Assembly: GCF_018350175.1 (NCBI RefSeq)
Contig: NC_058368.1
Location: 15,440,001-15,504,000, forward strand
DNA length: 64,000 nucleotides
Direction: 5' to 3'
From: Felis catus
Lineage: Eukaryota
The notes under the pieces are model-generated. The model ran no database searches. It saw nothing but the letters and a program-made list of their open reading frames with translations, and had not been told where the DNA came from. A program made the position numbers and the translations under genes. Below, piece after piece: positions 48,870-61,236 of this stretch; positions within the stretch are counted from its first letter, which is position 1; each line of letters opens with the position of its first letter.

Positions 48870-50620
48870 GTTGCCGGTTTCCCTGGCAGTGATGGAGACC
48901 GCGACCCCGTTCATTTCATCTGATGGTTTGGCAGAGGATTCAGAGGAGAAAGAAGAGAAAAGCACGGAAGGAGAGACGCGTGGGGCGAAGCCCGACACAG
49001 GATGGGGCAAAGTCCTCATGCTGCTCAGAGCTGGGCTTGCTGCGATCGACCGACCGGGGCTCGTGGTTTGGAGTGGGGGCTGCGCAGGACTCATAATAGA
49101 TGTTTGAGTAAGAAACTTGGCAGGAAGCAGATGCTTTCACCTGCTGAGAAGTTCCTGAGCCCCCCAAAGAAACTGCACCCCCATAACTCCCCCCCCCCCA
49201 CACACACACAAAGTTAAGGGCACCACACCTGCCTTCCCCAGATGGGGCTCCCTGTGCGAACGCCTCCTCGTCCTCCAGGATTTTCCAGCGCGGGCTCAAG
49301 CTCCTCCCTCGCCGGAGCGGGGCTGCTGTCCTCCAGCCAAGCGCCAGCCAGAGCAGCGGCTGGGGGGCGGCGGGGAGTGGGCCCCGCTCGCAGCCATTGG
49401 CTGTGCGGGCCGCAGGGGCGGAGGGAGACCCGCGGTCCCGCCGACTCGGCGGCCCCGGCTTCACTCCAGCTGCGCCCGCCGCCCGCCCGTGCGCTCCGGC
49501 AGCTCACCGCACGCTGCGCCTGACTTCCCCGCGGACGGCTTCGCGGGCGCGGATCGCAGAGACCCGGGGGCCTGCGAGGAGCTTGGCGCCGCCCTAGTCC
49601 CACCCGGGGTGCCGGAGCGCGGCCGGGGAGGTCGGAGCGTCCCGACCCGCAGGTCAGTGACAGGCTCCCGACGCCGCCCGCGCGCGGAGGCAGAGGAGTG
49701 GGGAGCCGGGGACGCGCGGGGTGCCGAGCGCCGGAGGAGGGCTCGCCCTCGGCGGGGAGCGCCCCGACTCCTCGCGTGGGGCGGCCTCGAGTTGCGGAGC
49801 TTCCACTCCCTCCGGAGCCGCCTTCCAGACTCTCCCCGGCTCCCGGAGGTTTGGCTCCTTCCCTGGACACCCCGAATCCATCCCATTTGTGGCTAGCCGT
49901 GTCCTTTGCGGCCCCCAGCAACCTCCGCAGGTCGGAGGTTCCAGATTCTCGGGATGACCTCCCTGGGCGACGTAATGCCCGTGGCCCCGGGAGCACCCGC
50001 TTTTGTCCCGGACCCAGAGAGCCGGGAGGACCTGCCCCCGCGTCCGCTGCTGCACAGATTGACTCCTCTGTGCAAGTGTAGACAGTTCTACACTTTGCAG
50101 AACGTGTTTCTAGGTGCATTGTTTGCTTTTGCCTTTGTGGTTCGTGCGGTCACCTCTCCGGATTTCCAGGGTCATCCGGCCATTCCTCTACTCGCCACGC
50201 GCACACTGCCCGCTTTGCATCTTCCTCTGTTTGCGGGAGTCTTTTCACCCATCTTGGGTGGCTTCAAATCCGGGGAAGTTTTACCTGGTGCTGAACACTT
50301 GCGTTCCCCAGCGGTGGCTTCCGAGTTCCCGAAAAAGCCAGCCGCGCCAGCTACTTTCCCCTTTTCCCGGGTCTGAGGAGATGCTGGAATCCCGTGTTTC
50401 CCTGTCGAGGTGCGTGGATTACGGACAAATGACATCCTAGATGATTTAGGAGAGAGGTGTGTGATGTGCCCCACTCCGGGTAGCAGAAGGATGCGTTCAT
50501 TCACAGAAACATCTTGTTGAGGACCAGGTTTGTGGCTGTACCTGCGCGCTTTCTGCCGCTGCATGCCTGCGGCCCGCCAGGCTTGGGTTGGTGTCAGACT
50601 CCGGGGGCAGGGTCTGTTTC
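48870..50620. promoter_or_regulatory. CpG island / promoter
   Basis: Abrupt switch to very GC- and CpG-rich, repeat-free sequence (core ~49250-50420). Reverse CCAAT (ATTGG 49396-49400) and GC box GGGGCGGAG 49415-49423. Confidence 0.92.
49430..49652 (+). other. Putative non-coding first exon (5'UTR) of an unidentified gene; start approximate
   Basis: Lies just downstream of the CCAAT/GC boxes, has no ATG, and ends at CGCAG|GTCAGT (GT at 49653-49654). Confidence 0.6.
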
Positions 50621-51784
50621 CTAACCTCCTTCAGGTCCTCTGCCTGTTAAATTTCCTTCGTTATTTATTTACTTATTTATTTATTTTACTGAAGTGTGTA
50701 AGTACTTAGGTGGTTCTTTGTGGTGGATAATAGGATCCTACGGTTCTGGACATTCTCAAAGCCTTTTGGTCCAGTCCACGCTGTAGGTGCAAAGGGCGAA
50801 ACCCCGCAACGATTAAGCCCTGGGGCCAACCCCAGGGACCACTCCTCAAGATCTTTCTCCTGTGGAGCTTTTTGCTTTACATTTTCTAGATTCGTTGTCA
50901 GACAACAGCCGATCAGCAGAAAAAAAGCAAGATAAGTGATAGCGTTTTCTTAAATGGTTTACCTCCTAATGCAGTCTTGATGCCCAGTGCATCCCCCTTA
51001 AAAAAAAAAGGTATTTAATTAGCTTAAAGTATGCAACTAGTCTGACTGTTTTAGCTTATTTGTACTCTAGCTCCTACAGATTCTTAAATCTATTTCGTGA
51101 CTAAAATGCTGCATTTCGCTAAGTACAGAGGCGTCTTGTCCCCCTACCCCCACCATCCCACATGTACACAGCACCGCGCCTAGTTATAATCAGCACCTAG
51201 TTGATCCCTTGATGCACATCGCTCTCTGAAGTGTGTATTAGTGGGTCCAGCTCGTAACCAAGTTGCACTGCCACCACTCCCACAGGGCACGTCCTTCGAA
51301 TGCTGGGCACTGTGGGGATGGAGAGCCATCTGCCAGCCTCCGAACATTCTGGGAATATGGAGCTCCAGAAAATGGGTGGGGTATTCCATTTCTGTGTTTT
51401 GATTTTGAGGCTTATTACTTCTTTGGGTTATGTATTTATTATTTTTGATTCTTCTACATAAGGCAGACTGCTCTGAAGAGCTCCACACTTGCTCATGGTT
51501 CTCATTAAAGAAGATTCATGTAAGGTAAGATACATTCCATTTTCCCTGCTGTTAGTGCAATTCAACAGATTTCATTTGATGTCTATGATGTGCAAAAGCT
51601 TGTCAGGGGTTAAGAGATAAATAATGGTGTGATGACATATGGCATCGAATCCATAAGAGGGTTTATTTGCAAGTTTCCTATGACTTTTTTTTTTTAATGA
51701 GGGCAGATGAAGGATGGCAGTTGATTGGTAAGATTGATTAACCATACTAATCATTAAGTAATGTGGAGTCATACATTTATTCCT

Positions 51785-51994
51785 TTTTTTTAAGTTTATT
51801 TATTTATTTATTTTGAGAGAGAGAGAGAGCACACACATGCACACAAATGGGTAGGGGCAGAGAGAGAATCCCAAGCAGGCTCCGCACTCAGTGCCGAGCC
51901 TGACATGGGGCTCAAACTCATGAACCATGAGGTCATGACTGGAGCCAAAATCAAGAGTTGGACGCTTAACTGACTGAGCCACCCAGAAGCCCCC
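51785..51994 (-). mobile_element. CanSINE
   Basis: Reverse head, core and tail. Confidence 0.92.
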
Positions 51995-53989
51995 ATTTTT
52001 TCTAAGAATGAAAGATTAACCCATCACAAGCAAAACTCTCTGATTTGGCCTCTATGTAGATCTATGTCAGCCCATTTGATAATGTCCCTTCTTCTCTAGG
52101 CTTGCTCTTCTCCTTGCACTTGTATTTTAATATCTTTTTCTTTTTTTTTTTTTTAAGTTGTAGACTTGAAGCATTTTTATATTTAATTTGTTATTAGGGA
52201 GAAGCAAAACAAAATTATAATTGAGTTTTTTTTATTCTGCTCCTTTGAGTTTTTAAAATAGTAATTTAAGAACCTGGAAAACTATATTCCTAAAAGTCCC
52301 TTGACATCAGGTACTGTGTAGGTCCCACTTGCCTGGCTCTTAGCACTGATGAACCATTCAGTAAACGTCTGCTAAATGAAACCAGAACCCAAGAAAGTAG
52401 TGTTGCAGAAGAATGCCATTTTCTTCAAGTAGACATGTGTGGAGCATATTATATTATTATATTACTATGTCAATATAAAGCATCATGGGCTTAACTTTTA
52501 TTATTGTTATTATTCCTAGTGACAGCTAAAAAAATACTAAAGCCTTTAACTTAATTAATGGAATAGGGAACATAACAAAGAAGCAGCTCAAACTAAGTGC
52601 ATGAGTTGGCAAGATTCCTTTTAGCTAACGGATGTACCTAGAGAAATCAAGCCAGAGACATGGGTGCAGAAGTCCGTGATATGTACACATGTGGACCAGC
52701 CTTTGATTTAGAACTCAGGAAGTCTATCTATGCATTCACTGACCATGTCAGATCTAGGACAGCAGGCTGATGAGCCAAGTTCTGGGAGCCCTTCAGTTCT
52801 GATTGTGTTTTGTGGCAGGTGTGCCTATGGTATATAGTGTTCTGAGTTACTCAGTCTCAAGACACAGTATGCCTCCTTCAGGAGTTCCTATGTATAGGAT
52901 CCATGCTCATGTTCACATTTGGAACCAGAAAGTAATCACTGTTTAGTCTAATAAGTTTTTTGGCAACAACAAAAACCATAAAAAAAAGTGGAGATTCTGA
53001 ATAGTCAAGTAGCCATATACAATGTAATAGTATCTCTAAGCATGAAATGGCACAATCCAACCAAAACAGTGCCAATATTTCAAAGCTCTGAATTTATATC
53101 AGGAACAGGATAGACTGCCATTAGTATTTCCTGAATTCCTAATTTTTAAATTCTCACCTATTAAGTTATATTAAGATGGGAAATCAGTGGGCCCAGATTT
53201 ATAATTTACATTATGGGCTTGATTGTTGACGCTGTTGATGTTGTTGATATTTTTGACTGTTTGATAGTGTTATAGACAGTAGTGAATGGGTATGGAAATT
53301 ATAAGCCTGTAATACTTGCTAAACAGGGTAACTTAAAGTAAAATACCCGTGTATAATTTTTGATGTGAAACAAAAGGGTAGGTGGCTGTTAGATCCTGTG
53401 TCAAATTCAGAAAGACACGAAGATGACTTATTCCAAGGTTAAAACACCAAGACAATTCATTCAACATACAAATTTGCTCCTCAGGGAAAGCCAAAATAGC
53501 AGCTTTCCTGATTAATTTGCCACAGTGGTCTGATACTGATTAGAAGTGCCTGGTAATTTATTAACTATTGCCCATTAAACCAGTTTGGTTCTTAATCACT
53601 TTCAATTTCCCCCGTGACCAGGATTCTAGCAGAGGCATCTACTCTTCTCTTTTCTTAAATAAAACATTCACGGTATCCCATAAAATGCAACTGTAATACA
53701 AAGAGCAGTTAAGCCCTAATGGGCAGATTGACTTATTTGTCTCAGCCTGAGAGTCTTAAACTTTGAAAGGAAAGGTACAAGTGAACCATTTCAAAGGTTT
53801 GTGTTAAGTATATGCAGTACAAAAAGGAATAGGAGGAGGAGGAGTGGGGTGGGGGAGGGAAAAAGGAGGGGGAGGGAAAAAGGAGCGGGGGGGGGGGGGG
53901 GGGGGGAGAAAGAGTTCGGGGCTTAAAAGCCAGTTGCCTTTTCACTGCGTATGCTATCATTAAATTTTATTTCTATTTTTCTAATGAAA

Positions 53990-54450
53990 ACACCTTTATT
54001 GGTTTTTTCCTGATTATAAAACAATATATTTCTGTGTACCAAAATTCACATACATGCACAAAATAGGATGTAACCAAACATACCCATATTACCTGCTAAC
54101 AAGAAATGTTAATAACTTGGTGCATACTCTCTTGTTTAGTTTAGTTTAGTTTACATTTGCATGCCTCTAATATTGTGTAGCAGTGCTAGTAGTTCTTATT
54201 TTGTGAAAATGGAATCACACTATGCACTATTCTGAAGCTTACATTTTGACTTAGGCATACGTGTCCAGCATCTTTCCAGGTTAGAAAATGTAGTCCTTTT
54301 TATTATATCAGAGTCCTCCATTGCATGATTCTAACATCATTTATTTAACCAATCCTTGACTCACAAACATCATGGTAGCTCCAGTGTTTAGCTACGGAAT
54401 GCATGTTTGTGCATGCACTTAAATTTGTCTAACTTTATCCCATGGGGTAA
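53990..54450 (-). mobile_element. Old L1ME-type 3'UTR fragment
   Basis: AAAATGGAATCACACTAT..CATCTTTCCAGG..TCCATTGCATGA..ATTTATTTAACCAATCC. Confidence 0.55.
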
Positions 54451-54576
54451 ATTCTCAGAATGTATTATTTATATTGTTAGCCTACAATGCAGTACATTTT
54501 TGGATGAAATGGGAAGCACTCAAATAATTCATCTGATAAGCCTGGCACATTTTCTGCCCTTAAAAAAAAAACATTC

Positions 54577-54735
54577 TGGGGCATCTGGGTGGTTCAGGCA
54601 GTTAAGCATCTGACTTTGGCTCAGGTCATGATCTCACGGTTCATGGGTTCGAGCCCCACTTCAGGCTCTGTGCTGACAGCTTAGAGCCTGGAGTCTGTTT
54701 CCAATTCTGTGTCTCCCTCTCTCTCTGCCCTTCCC

Positions 54736-54786
<51 letters not shown>

Positions 54787-54815
54787 CTAAACAAACATTA
54801 ACAAAAATTTATAAA
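54577..54815 (+). mobile_element. CanSINE with long (CT)n
   Basis: Head and core, (CT)~22, A-rich tail. Confidence 0.92.
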
Positions 54816-55942
54816 AAACACAAAAACATTTTTATTGATTTTTATTGATGTTTGACATTCATATAAAGAAGCACTCAATGTGAGTATTCATGTGCTCAAC
54901 ACACCCATGTAAATAGAACCCAGGTTAAAAAATATATATTTATTAATACTCTCCTTGATGACCTTCATATACCTTGGTAACCTGTCATTCTAACAATTCC
55001 TCATGAGAAAGTCCTTAGTGAGCTTGTTGACCTCGATTTCCATGAGTCAAGTGCAAGGTTAAGGGCACACTTTTAGAGTGACAGTGGAATATTGACAGAT
55101 TCTCAGACCTTCAAAAGGACTACTTGGCAACAAAGTTGGTCTGGTTCACTGAAATGAGTTTCCAAGATCTTTTCCTTCTGTCTCCTGTCTAGTATCCTTA
55201 TCATTTTTGGTCTCAGATTTGGACCTTCATGGCATATATTTTGATTCAAATGATGAATTAACCTCTGAATGACAAAAGAAACCGAGTAACATGTTTTTCA
55301 CCGAATTTCTTCTTGTTGGCTGCCCAACTCAGCTCTGAGTATAGAGTGGATTTGGAACCAGGAAAGGATCCTAGGCTCCTAATTTGTGGTTTCAGCCACT
55401 AGCTATCTCCTTCCACCATCCTTTTCCAGAAGATATATGAACAATGACCTTCAAATTTTAATTTACTTAACTTTGGAGACCTTGGCTTCCTGATTTATAA
55501 GTACTTCTAGTTACCCAATTCTATGAATAATGTTTTCCTTTTGTGGTTGCTTATTTACTTTTTGTTTTGGTATTGTTTGATTTTCTGAATAGAGGAAAAT
55601 TAATATTAAGAGAGATCACAGGGAAAGAAAGAATAACTTAATATATGATAAATGACTTAAGTCAGTTCCAGAATGAATGAAAAGAAAAAAAAAATTGCTT
55701 CTTTTCTGCTCATGTGTTTTCATTCTTTTTGTTATTTTTCCAAGAAGCTGAGGTCTGGATTAGGGTGTTAGCACAATACCGCTTAGGATATCGCTGCTCA
55801 CATCACCATGACTATGATCCAGATGGAATGGTATTCAGAGTATGGTCCATGCATCAGTGCCAGCCCTTGAATCGTTACTCACTCACCATGAGATATGGGA
55901 CTTGAGCCAGAATATAAGGCACTAGTATACTTTTTAGTTTAG

Positions 55943-56524
55943 CTTTCTCCCTCCCTCCCTTCCAACCTTCCTCCCTCCCTCCTTCCTTCCCTCCTTCCTT
56001 CCTTCCTTCCTTCCTTCCTTCCTTCTTTCCTTCTTTCTCTCCCTCCCTCCTTCCTTCCTTCCTTCTTTCCCTCCCTCCCTCCCTCCTTCCTTCCTTCTTT
56101 CCCTCCCTCCCTCCTTCCTTCCTTCCTTCTTTCCCTCCCTCCCTCCTTCCTTCCTTCTTTCCCTCCCTCCCTCCCTCCTTCCTTCCTTCCTTCTTTCCCT
56201 CCCTCCCTCCCTCCTTCCTTCCTTCTTTCCCTCCCTCCCTCCTTCCTTCCTTCTTTCCCTCCCTCCCTCCCTCCTTCCTTCCTTCTTTCCCTCCCTCCCT
56301 CCCTCCTTCCTTCCTTCCTTCTTTCCCTCCCTCCCTCCTTCCCTCCCTCCCTCCCTCCCTCCTCCTTCCTTCCTTCCTTCCTTCCTTCCTTCCTTCCTTC
56401 CTTCCCTCCCTCCCTCCTTCCTCCCTCCCTCCCTCCCTCCTTCCCTCCCTCCCTCCCTCCTTCCTTCCTTCCCTCCCTCCTTCCTTCCTTCCTTCCTTCC
56501 TTCCTTCCTTCCTTCCTTCCTCCC

Positions 56525-56554
<30 letters not shown>
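55943..56554. repeat. Complex (CCTT)n/(CCCT)n polypyrimidine tract followed by (TGTC)n
   Basis: About 580 bp of C/T only by eye (55943-56526), then ~7 TGTC units. Confidence 0.97.
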
Positions 56555-56555
<1 letters not shown>

Positions 56556-57489
56556 TCTTTTTGTAGTAAGACATTTTGGCTGGAAGCAGTGCTTTACAAG
56601 TTCCTCATTTCACAAGGACTCGTAACCCACATGTTCCTGACAGAGGCAAGTGGCTACTTTAAGTAGCAATGATCTCCAGTGTGGGGCTTTGTAGTTAAAT
56701 TGAGAAATTTATAAAACTAAACATTTTCCATTTCTGTGCTGATTTTCTGTTGAATTTTGTTTTGCTCTGTTTTGGCTTTTAGGTTCTTTTGGTGAGGGGA
56801 GAGGTGAGCTAATTCTTGAGGTAGAGTGACTAACAGAGTACCACGGCATATGATGTTCCTGAATGAAGTAAATTAAAATTGTCTTCCTCTGTGATGATTG
56901 GAAAGTGGGTATTGTCCTTGATCCTGTTTGTCTCCACAGATGAATACAGTGCCAAGCGTTGTGATTGTAAGGGACTTAGTAATTTTCAAAGGATGGGATT
57001 ATCATGAAGTTTAACTGAAAGAACATTTTAAATTAAAAACAATGTGTTCTATTTTATATCCAGTCAGGTCTTCACTGACTCACTATGGTAAACTCTCATG
57101 ATTTTCATTGTGCTCTTCAAAATACATTTGTTACAATCCCTGATCTATGTTCACAGTAATGAATTTCAATATTTACAGCAGATTCCTACATCCTTTCCTT
57201 GGTTATCCTGGTGGATACTTGATTAAATAAAATTTTTATTGACACAATTGCTTGATAAAAAGTATGCTCAGAGTTTGCTCTAGAACTTGAAACTATAAAT
57301 TTTATTGCCATAACTAAAATAGTTATAAAATTTAGGGTGTGTTCCACATTATTCTTTACTATTGAGTACTTATCCTTTGAGTAATTGATATGGTTTTATA
57401 CAAAATCATTCATTCATTCAATAAATATTATTGCACATCCAAAAAATAGAACAAATATGGAATACCTCTTCAAGAAGCTTCCGGTTTCT

Positions 57490-58000
57490 TCATTCCCTTA
57501 CTCTTTTATTCATGCAACCATCCTACAAATGCTTATTGAACATCTTTATACAAGACACTGCGCTGGTTCATGGCTATAAAGATTAGTGAAATGGTATCCT
57601 CTATTTATGAGTTCATAGTCTATCAAAGTTTTAGAGAAACAGGTAAACAAATATAATAAGTATAATAAAATGTGAGAAATGCTAGTGTGAAAAGGTATAG
57701 AAATTATCATGAGAATGCGGAGAAAGGAGCCAGAAATTTGTGTAGAGAAAGTAGGTGGGGATTTATATTATGAGTGAATAACTAGATGAGACAGGAGGGA
57801 AGGCTTGAATAGAGTCTTGAAGAATGAACAAATTGGATTTTGGGTGGAGTTAGGGAGAAGACATATATAAATATAAGGATTAAACATATATGCTTTTAAA
57901 AAAATGTGGGAAATCAAGAACAGTTTGATATGCTTGAACCACCAATCTTAGGAACAATGGGAAAAATGAGGCTGGAAAAGTAGCAGGTAGCCTGATAAAA
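57490..58000 (-). mobile_element. L2 fragment
   Basis: CAAATGCTTATTGAACATCT..CAAGACACTGCGCTGG..GAGTTCATAGTCTA..TGAATAGAGTCTTGAAGAATGA. Confidence 0.65.
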
Positions 58001-58572
58001 AGGAACATATAATATAGCACAGGTAATATAGGAAAGGTCTTTTAAGATTTGTTACTCAAGATGGTCACTATAAAAATTGTATATGCAATAGACTCATGCA
58101 TACAATAGTAGTATTTTATCACCTTCCTGTACATAGTTAACAAGTATTTATTGAGTGAATAAATGAATGCACCAGAAAATACAGTTTTTCTTAACCAAAG
58201 GCAATACCACTGTCCCATTACTTGTATAATGAATTGTTTTTTCCCATTAGAAGTAATGAGTTAGTCTTAATATCTTTACTATCTCTTGCATGTTCCCACT
58301 TGAAACCCTTTGTGCATACTGAAGTTATAGCTGGTCAGGACTATCCTTACACGGTAGCACCTGATCATGTTCCAGATTATTAGGGAATATGTTTTTGGCC
58401 ATACCAGTAGCTAATTCTCATCCCTTTAAGCCTCACTCTTGCATGAAATTAAAGTTCACCAAAACATCCTCTACAATCTTCTTGCTCACCACTGCCACGA
58501 GGGGGTTTTAACATATTACATAGACAATTCATGCAACTCTAAGTTATACTCAGAATTTGGCTTCTTTAATTT

Positions 58573-58794
58573 TTTTTATTTATTTATTTTTTTAACGTTT
58601 ATTTATTTTTGCAACAGAGAGAGACAGAGCATGAACGGGGGAGGGTCAGAGAGAGGGAGACACAGAATTCGAAACCGGCTCCAAGCTCTGAGCTGTCAGC
58701 ACAGAGCCCGACACAGAGCTCGAACTCACAGACCATGAGATCATGACCTGAGCCGAAGTCAGCCACTTAACCAACTAAGCCACCCAGGCGCCCC
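58573..58794 (-). mobile_element. CanSINE (SINEC_Fc-like)
   Basis: TSD GCTTCTTTAATTT at 58560-58572 and 58795-58807. Confidence 0.95.
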
Positions 58795-58901
58795 GCTTCT
58801 TTAATTTCTTGAATACCAAGCATAACCTCTGCTGTCATAGTATAATAAGACCTTACATCAGTCAGTAGAAGGTAGATAATGGCTTACAACAACAAGTGCC
58901 A

Positions 58902-59040
58902 AGGGACACCTGGGTGGCTCAGGAGGTTAAGCATCCGACTCCTGGTTTCGGCTCAGCTCATGATCTCATAGTTCCGTTGAGTATGAGCCCCACCTTGGGC
59001 TCTGTGCTGGCAGGGCAGGGCAGGGCAGAGCCTGCTTAGG

Positions 59041-59094
<54 letters not shown>

Positions 59095-59160
59095 TCTGCC
59101 CCTCCCAACTTGTACTGTCTCTGTCTCTCTCAAAATTAATAAATAAACTTAAAAAAATTT
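58902..59160 (+). mobile_element. CanSINE with long (CT)n
   Basis: GGGACACCTGGGTGGCTCAG head. Probable TSD AACAAGTGC. Confidence 0.9.
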
Positions 59161-59229
59161 AACGGAAACACACACACAAAAACAAGTGCATTCGTCATTA
59201 ACACTAAGTATTGATAAGCCAGCAAGGGT

Positions 59230-59492
59230 GGCAGTCCTCACCCAGCTCACCCCGGGACAGAAGCTGTCCTGTACTTAAACAGTTACTGCAGCAAAGGGAA
59301 GGGATGTGGCAAATCTCACATGGGCCTTACATTTTCTACCTAGAAGTGACATGTCACTTTTTCCAGATTCTGTTGGCCAAAACAAGTCATCTGGCCACCC
59401 TAAAGTCAGAGGGGATGGGAACATGAATCCTACAACATGCCTGGAAGGAGAAAGGAACAGCAGAAACACGTGAACAGCATGAATGACCACAA
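59230..59492 (-). mobile_element. Old MaLR LTR fragment
   Basis: CCTAGAAGTGACATGTCACTT..ATTCTGTTGGCCAAAACAAGTCATCTGGCCA..TGCCTGGAAGGAGA. Confidence 0.6.
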
Positions 59493-59544
59493 GTCTTGAA
59501 ATTATCCCTCTTTTACCCTCAGGCTTCCTGGAGAGAAGGAAGGT

Positions 59545-59742
59545 AGTGAATATAGAGCATTTGGAGACACAGGGATACAGATTTGAATTCCAGCCCTGCC
59601 TCTAAGTGGCTGGGTGATCTTGGGCAAGCTTTTAAATTCTCTGATCCTTAATTTTCTCATCCGTTAAAGAAAGGTGAGGAGCAATAATGACTACCTTAAA
59701 GAGCTGTGAAGATGAGAGAAAATACACATGCACAATGCCTGT
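59545..59742 (+). mobile_element. MIR
   Basis: TTTGAATTCCAGCCCTGCC..TGGGTGATCTTGGGCAAG..TCTCTGATCCTTAATTTTCTCATCCGTTAAA. Confidence 0.78.
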
Positions 59743-60063
59743 GTACACATGAACACACATACAAAATTAGTATATGCTTTTATTTAATAAATCCTGGCTG
59801 CTATCATTGATATTCTTACTGCTGTTTTCCTAAACTGGCGTGCTGGACATTCTTTCCCCTACGTAACATCCTGGGTATACCTTCTCCTGCCTATCATATC
59901 CTGGAGCCATATATATTCCCATTCTACAATTACTAGGGTATGCTCCCCCCACTCTCTTTCTCTCCCCTCTACCTCCTCTACTCTTCTGACACGATTTGCC
60001 CCCTACATTCCAGCTCACACCATTGAAATAAAAGAGAACTAAAACTAGATATAAGACTAGTGA

Positions 60064-60277
60064 GGGGCGTCTGGGTGGCTCAGCCAGTTAAGTGTCGGAC
60101 TCTTTTAGCTCACGTCATGATCTCATGAAGCCCCATGTCAGGCTCTGGGCTCACAGCGAGGAGCCTGCTTGGGATTCTTACTTTCCGCCCCCCCCCCCCA
60201 CCTCTGTCTGCCCCTCTGCTGCTTGCTTGCATGGTCTCTCTCTCTCTCAAAATAAATAAATAAACATAAAAAAAAAA
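60064..60277 (+). mobile_element. CanSINE
   Basis: GGGGCGTCTGGGTGGCTCAG head, poly-C, (CT)n, A tail. Confidence 0.9.
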
Positions 60278-60503
60278 TAGTAGTGAGTGAAGTGTGGACA
60301 TGTGCTTCTGACCAAAGCTATTCCTACAACTGAATAAAACACATAGAGCCCACAACCTTAAAAGTAGATAGCCCCACCCTGATAAAGGAAAAAGTCAGTT
60401 AAATCTCATATAAGAGATACTCGTGGTTCTGTTAAATAAAACAATATTTCTTTATATTTTTAGAAGAATATATAACTATTGTGGTGGTCTTTTTTCTCCA
60501 AGT

Positions 60504-60616
60504 AATTCCTAATTATTTTTCAATTTCACCTCCTTATATTTTTAAGTTAAAACGCAAAATAAATTCCTAATTATTTTTCAATTTCACCTCCTTTTATGTT
60601 TTTAAGTTAAAAACAC
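60504..60616. repeat. Tandem duplication with ~58-bp period
   Basis: AATTCCTAATTATTTTTCAATTTCACCTCCTT..TTTTTAAGTTAAAA starts at both 60504 and 60562. Confidence 0.93.
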
Positions 60617-61236
60617 ATTCTGGGAGAATTTGAGCCTACACTTGTTTATTGCTTCCCTATTGTCTTTGACAGATTCTTGAGTCGTTATCTAAAATGACAA
60701 CAGGCTGCTAAGGACTTGATTTCCTCCTACACTTGATAGCCTGCCATATCATTTTGTTCCATGTTACAAGGAACATGTAGACATTCTCTTTGTTAGCCAG
60801 ACTTTTGAGTTCACTGTACTGCCTGAGATAGAGACAGACAGACAGACAGACAGACAGAAAACGAGGGAGATAGAGAGCATTAAGGCAAGCACTGCTGTTT
60901 GGTCCACACCAAGGATTAGGAGGACCACAGGAAATCCCACGTGGGAACACGCTTTCCTCATGAGGACACAATGTCCTCTTTTCTGTCCCCTGCCCTCCCT
61001 GGTGTACCTGAAAATCCTGGTAGATGAGTAATTTCAGAGCCATAAGAGAGCACTTTGTCTCCTTATAGTGGTGTTTTATGTAACCTCTGTCTAAAATCTG
61101 ACTCATCTGGTACTCATCATTTTAGGGTACTTACCTATATTCACAGTCATATGATTGCTGATGACTGGCAAAAAGCACTATTAATATCAGTGCCCTCTAT
61201 TTTTTCATTTGTAGCCGCATTTTGCAGTGACGATTG

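Noticed and set aside
48786..50564. Many overlapping long ORFs (up to 301 aa) in the CpG island
   Set aside because: They are Pro/Gly/Arg/Ala-rich shadow ORFs in several frames on both strands, expected from stop-codon scarcity in GC-rich DNA, with no recognisable domain.
55939..56574. 211-aa EGRK-repeat ORF
   Set aside because: It is a translation of the (GGAA/GGGA)n simple repeat.
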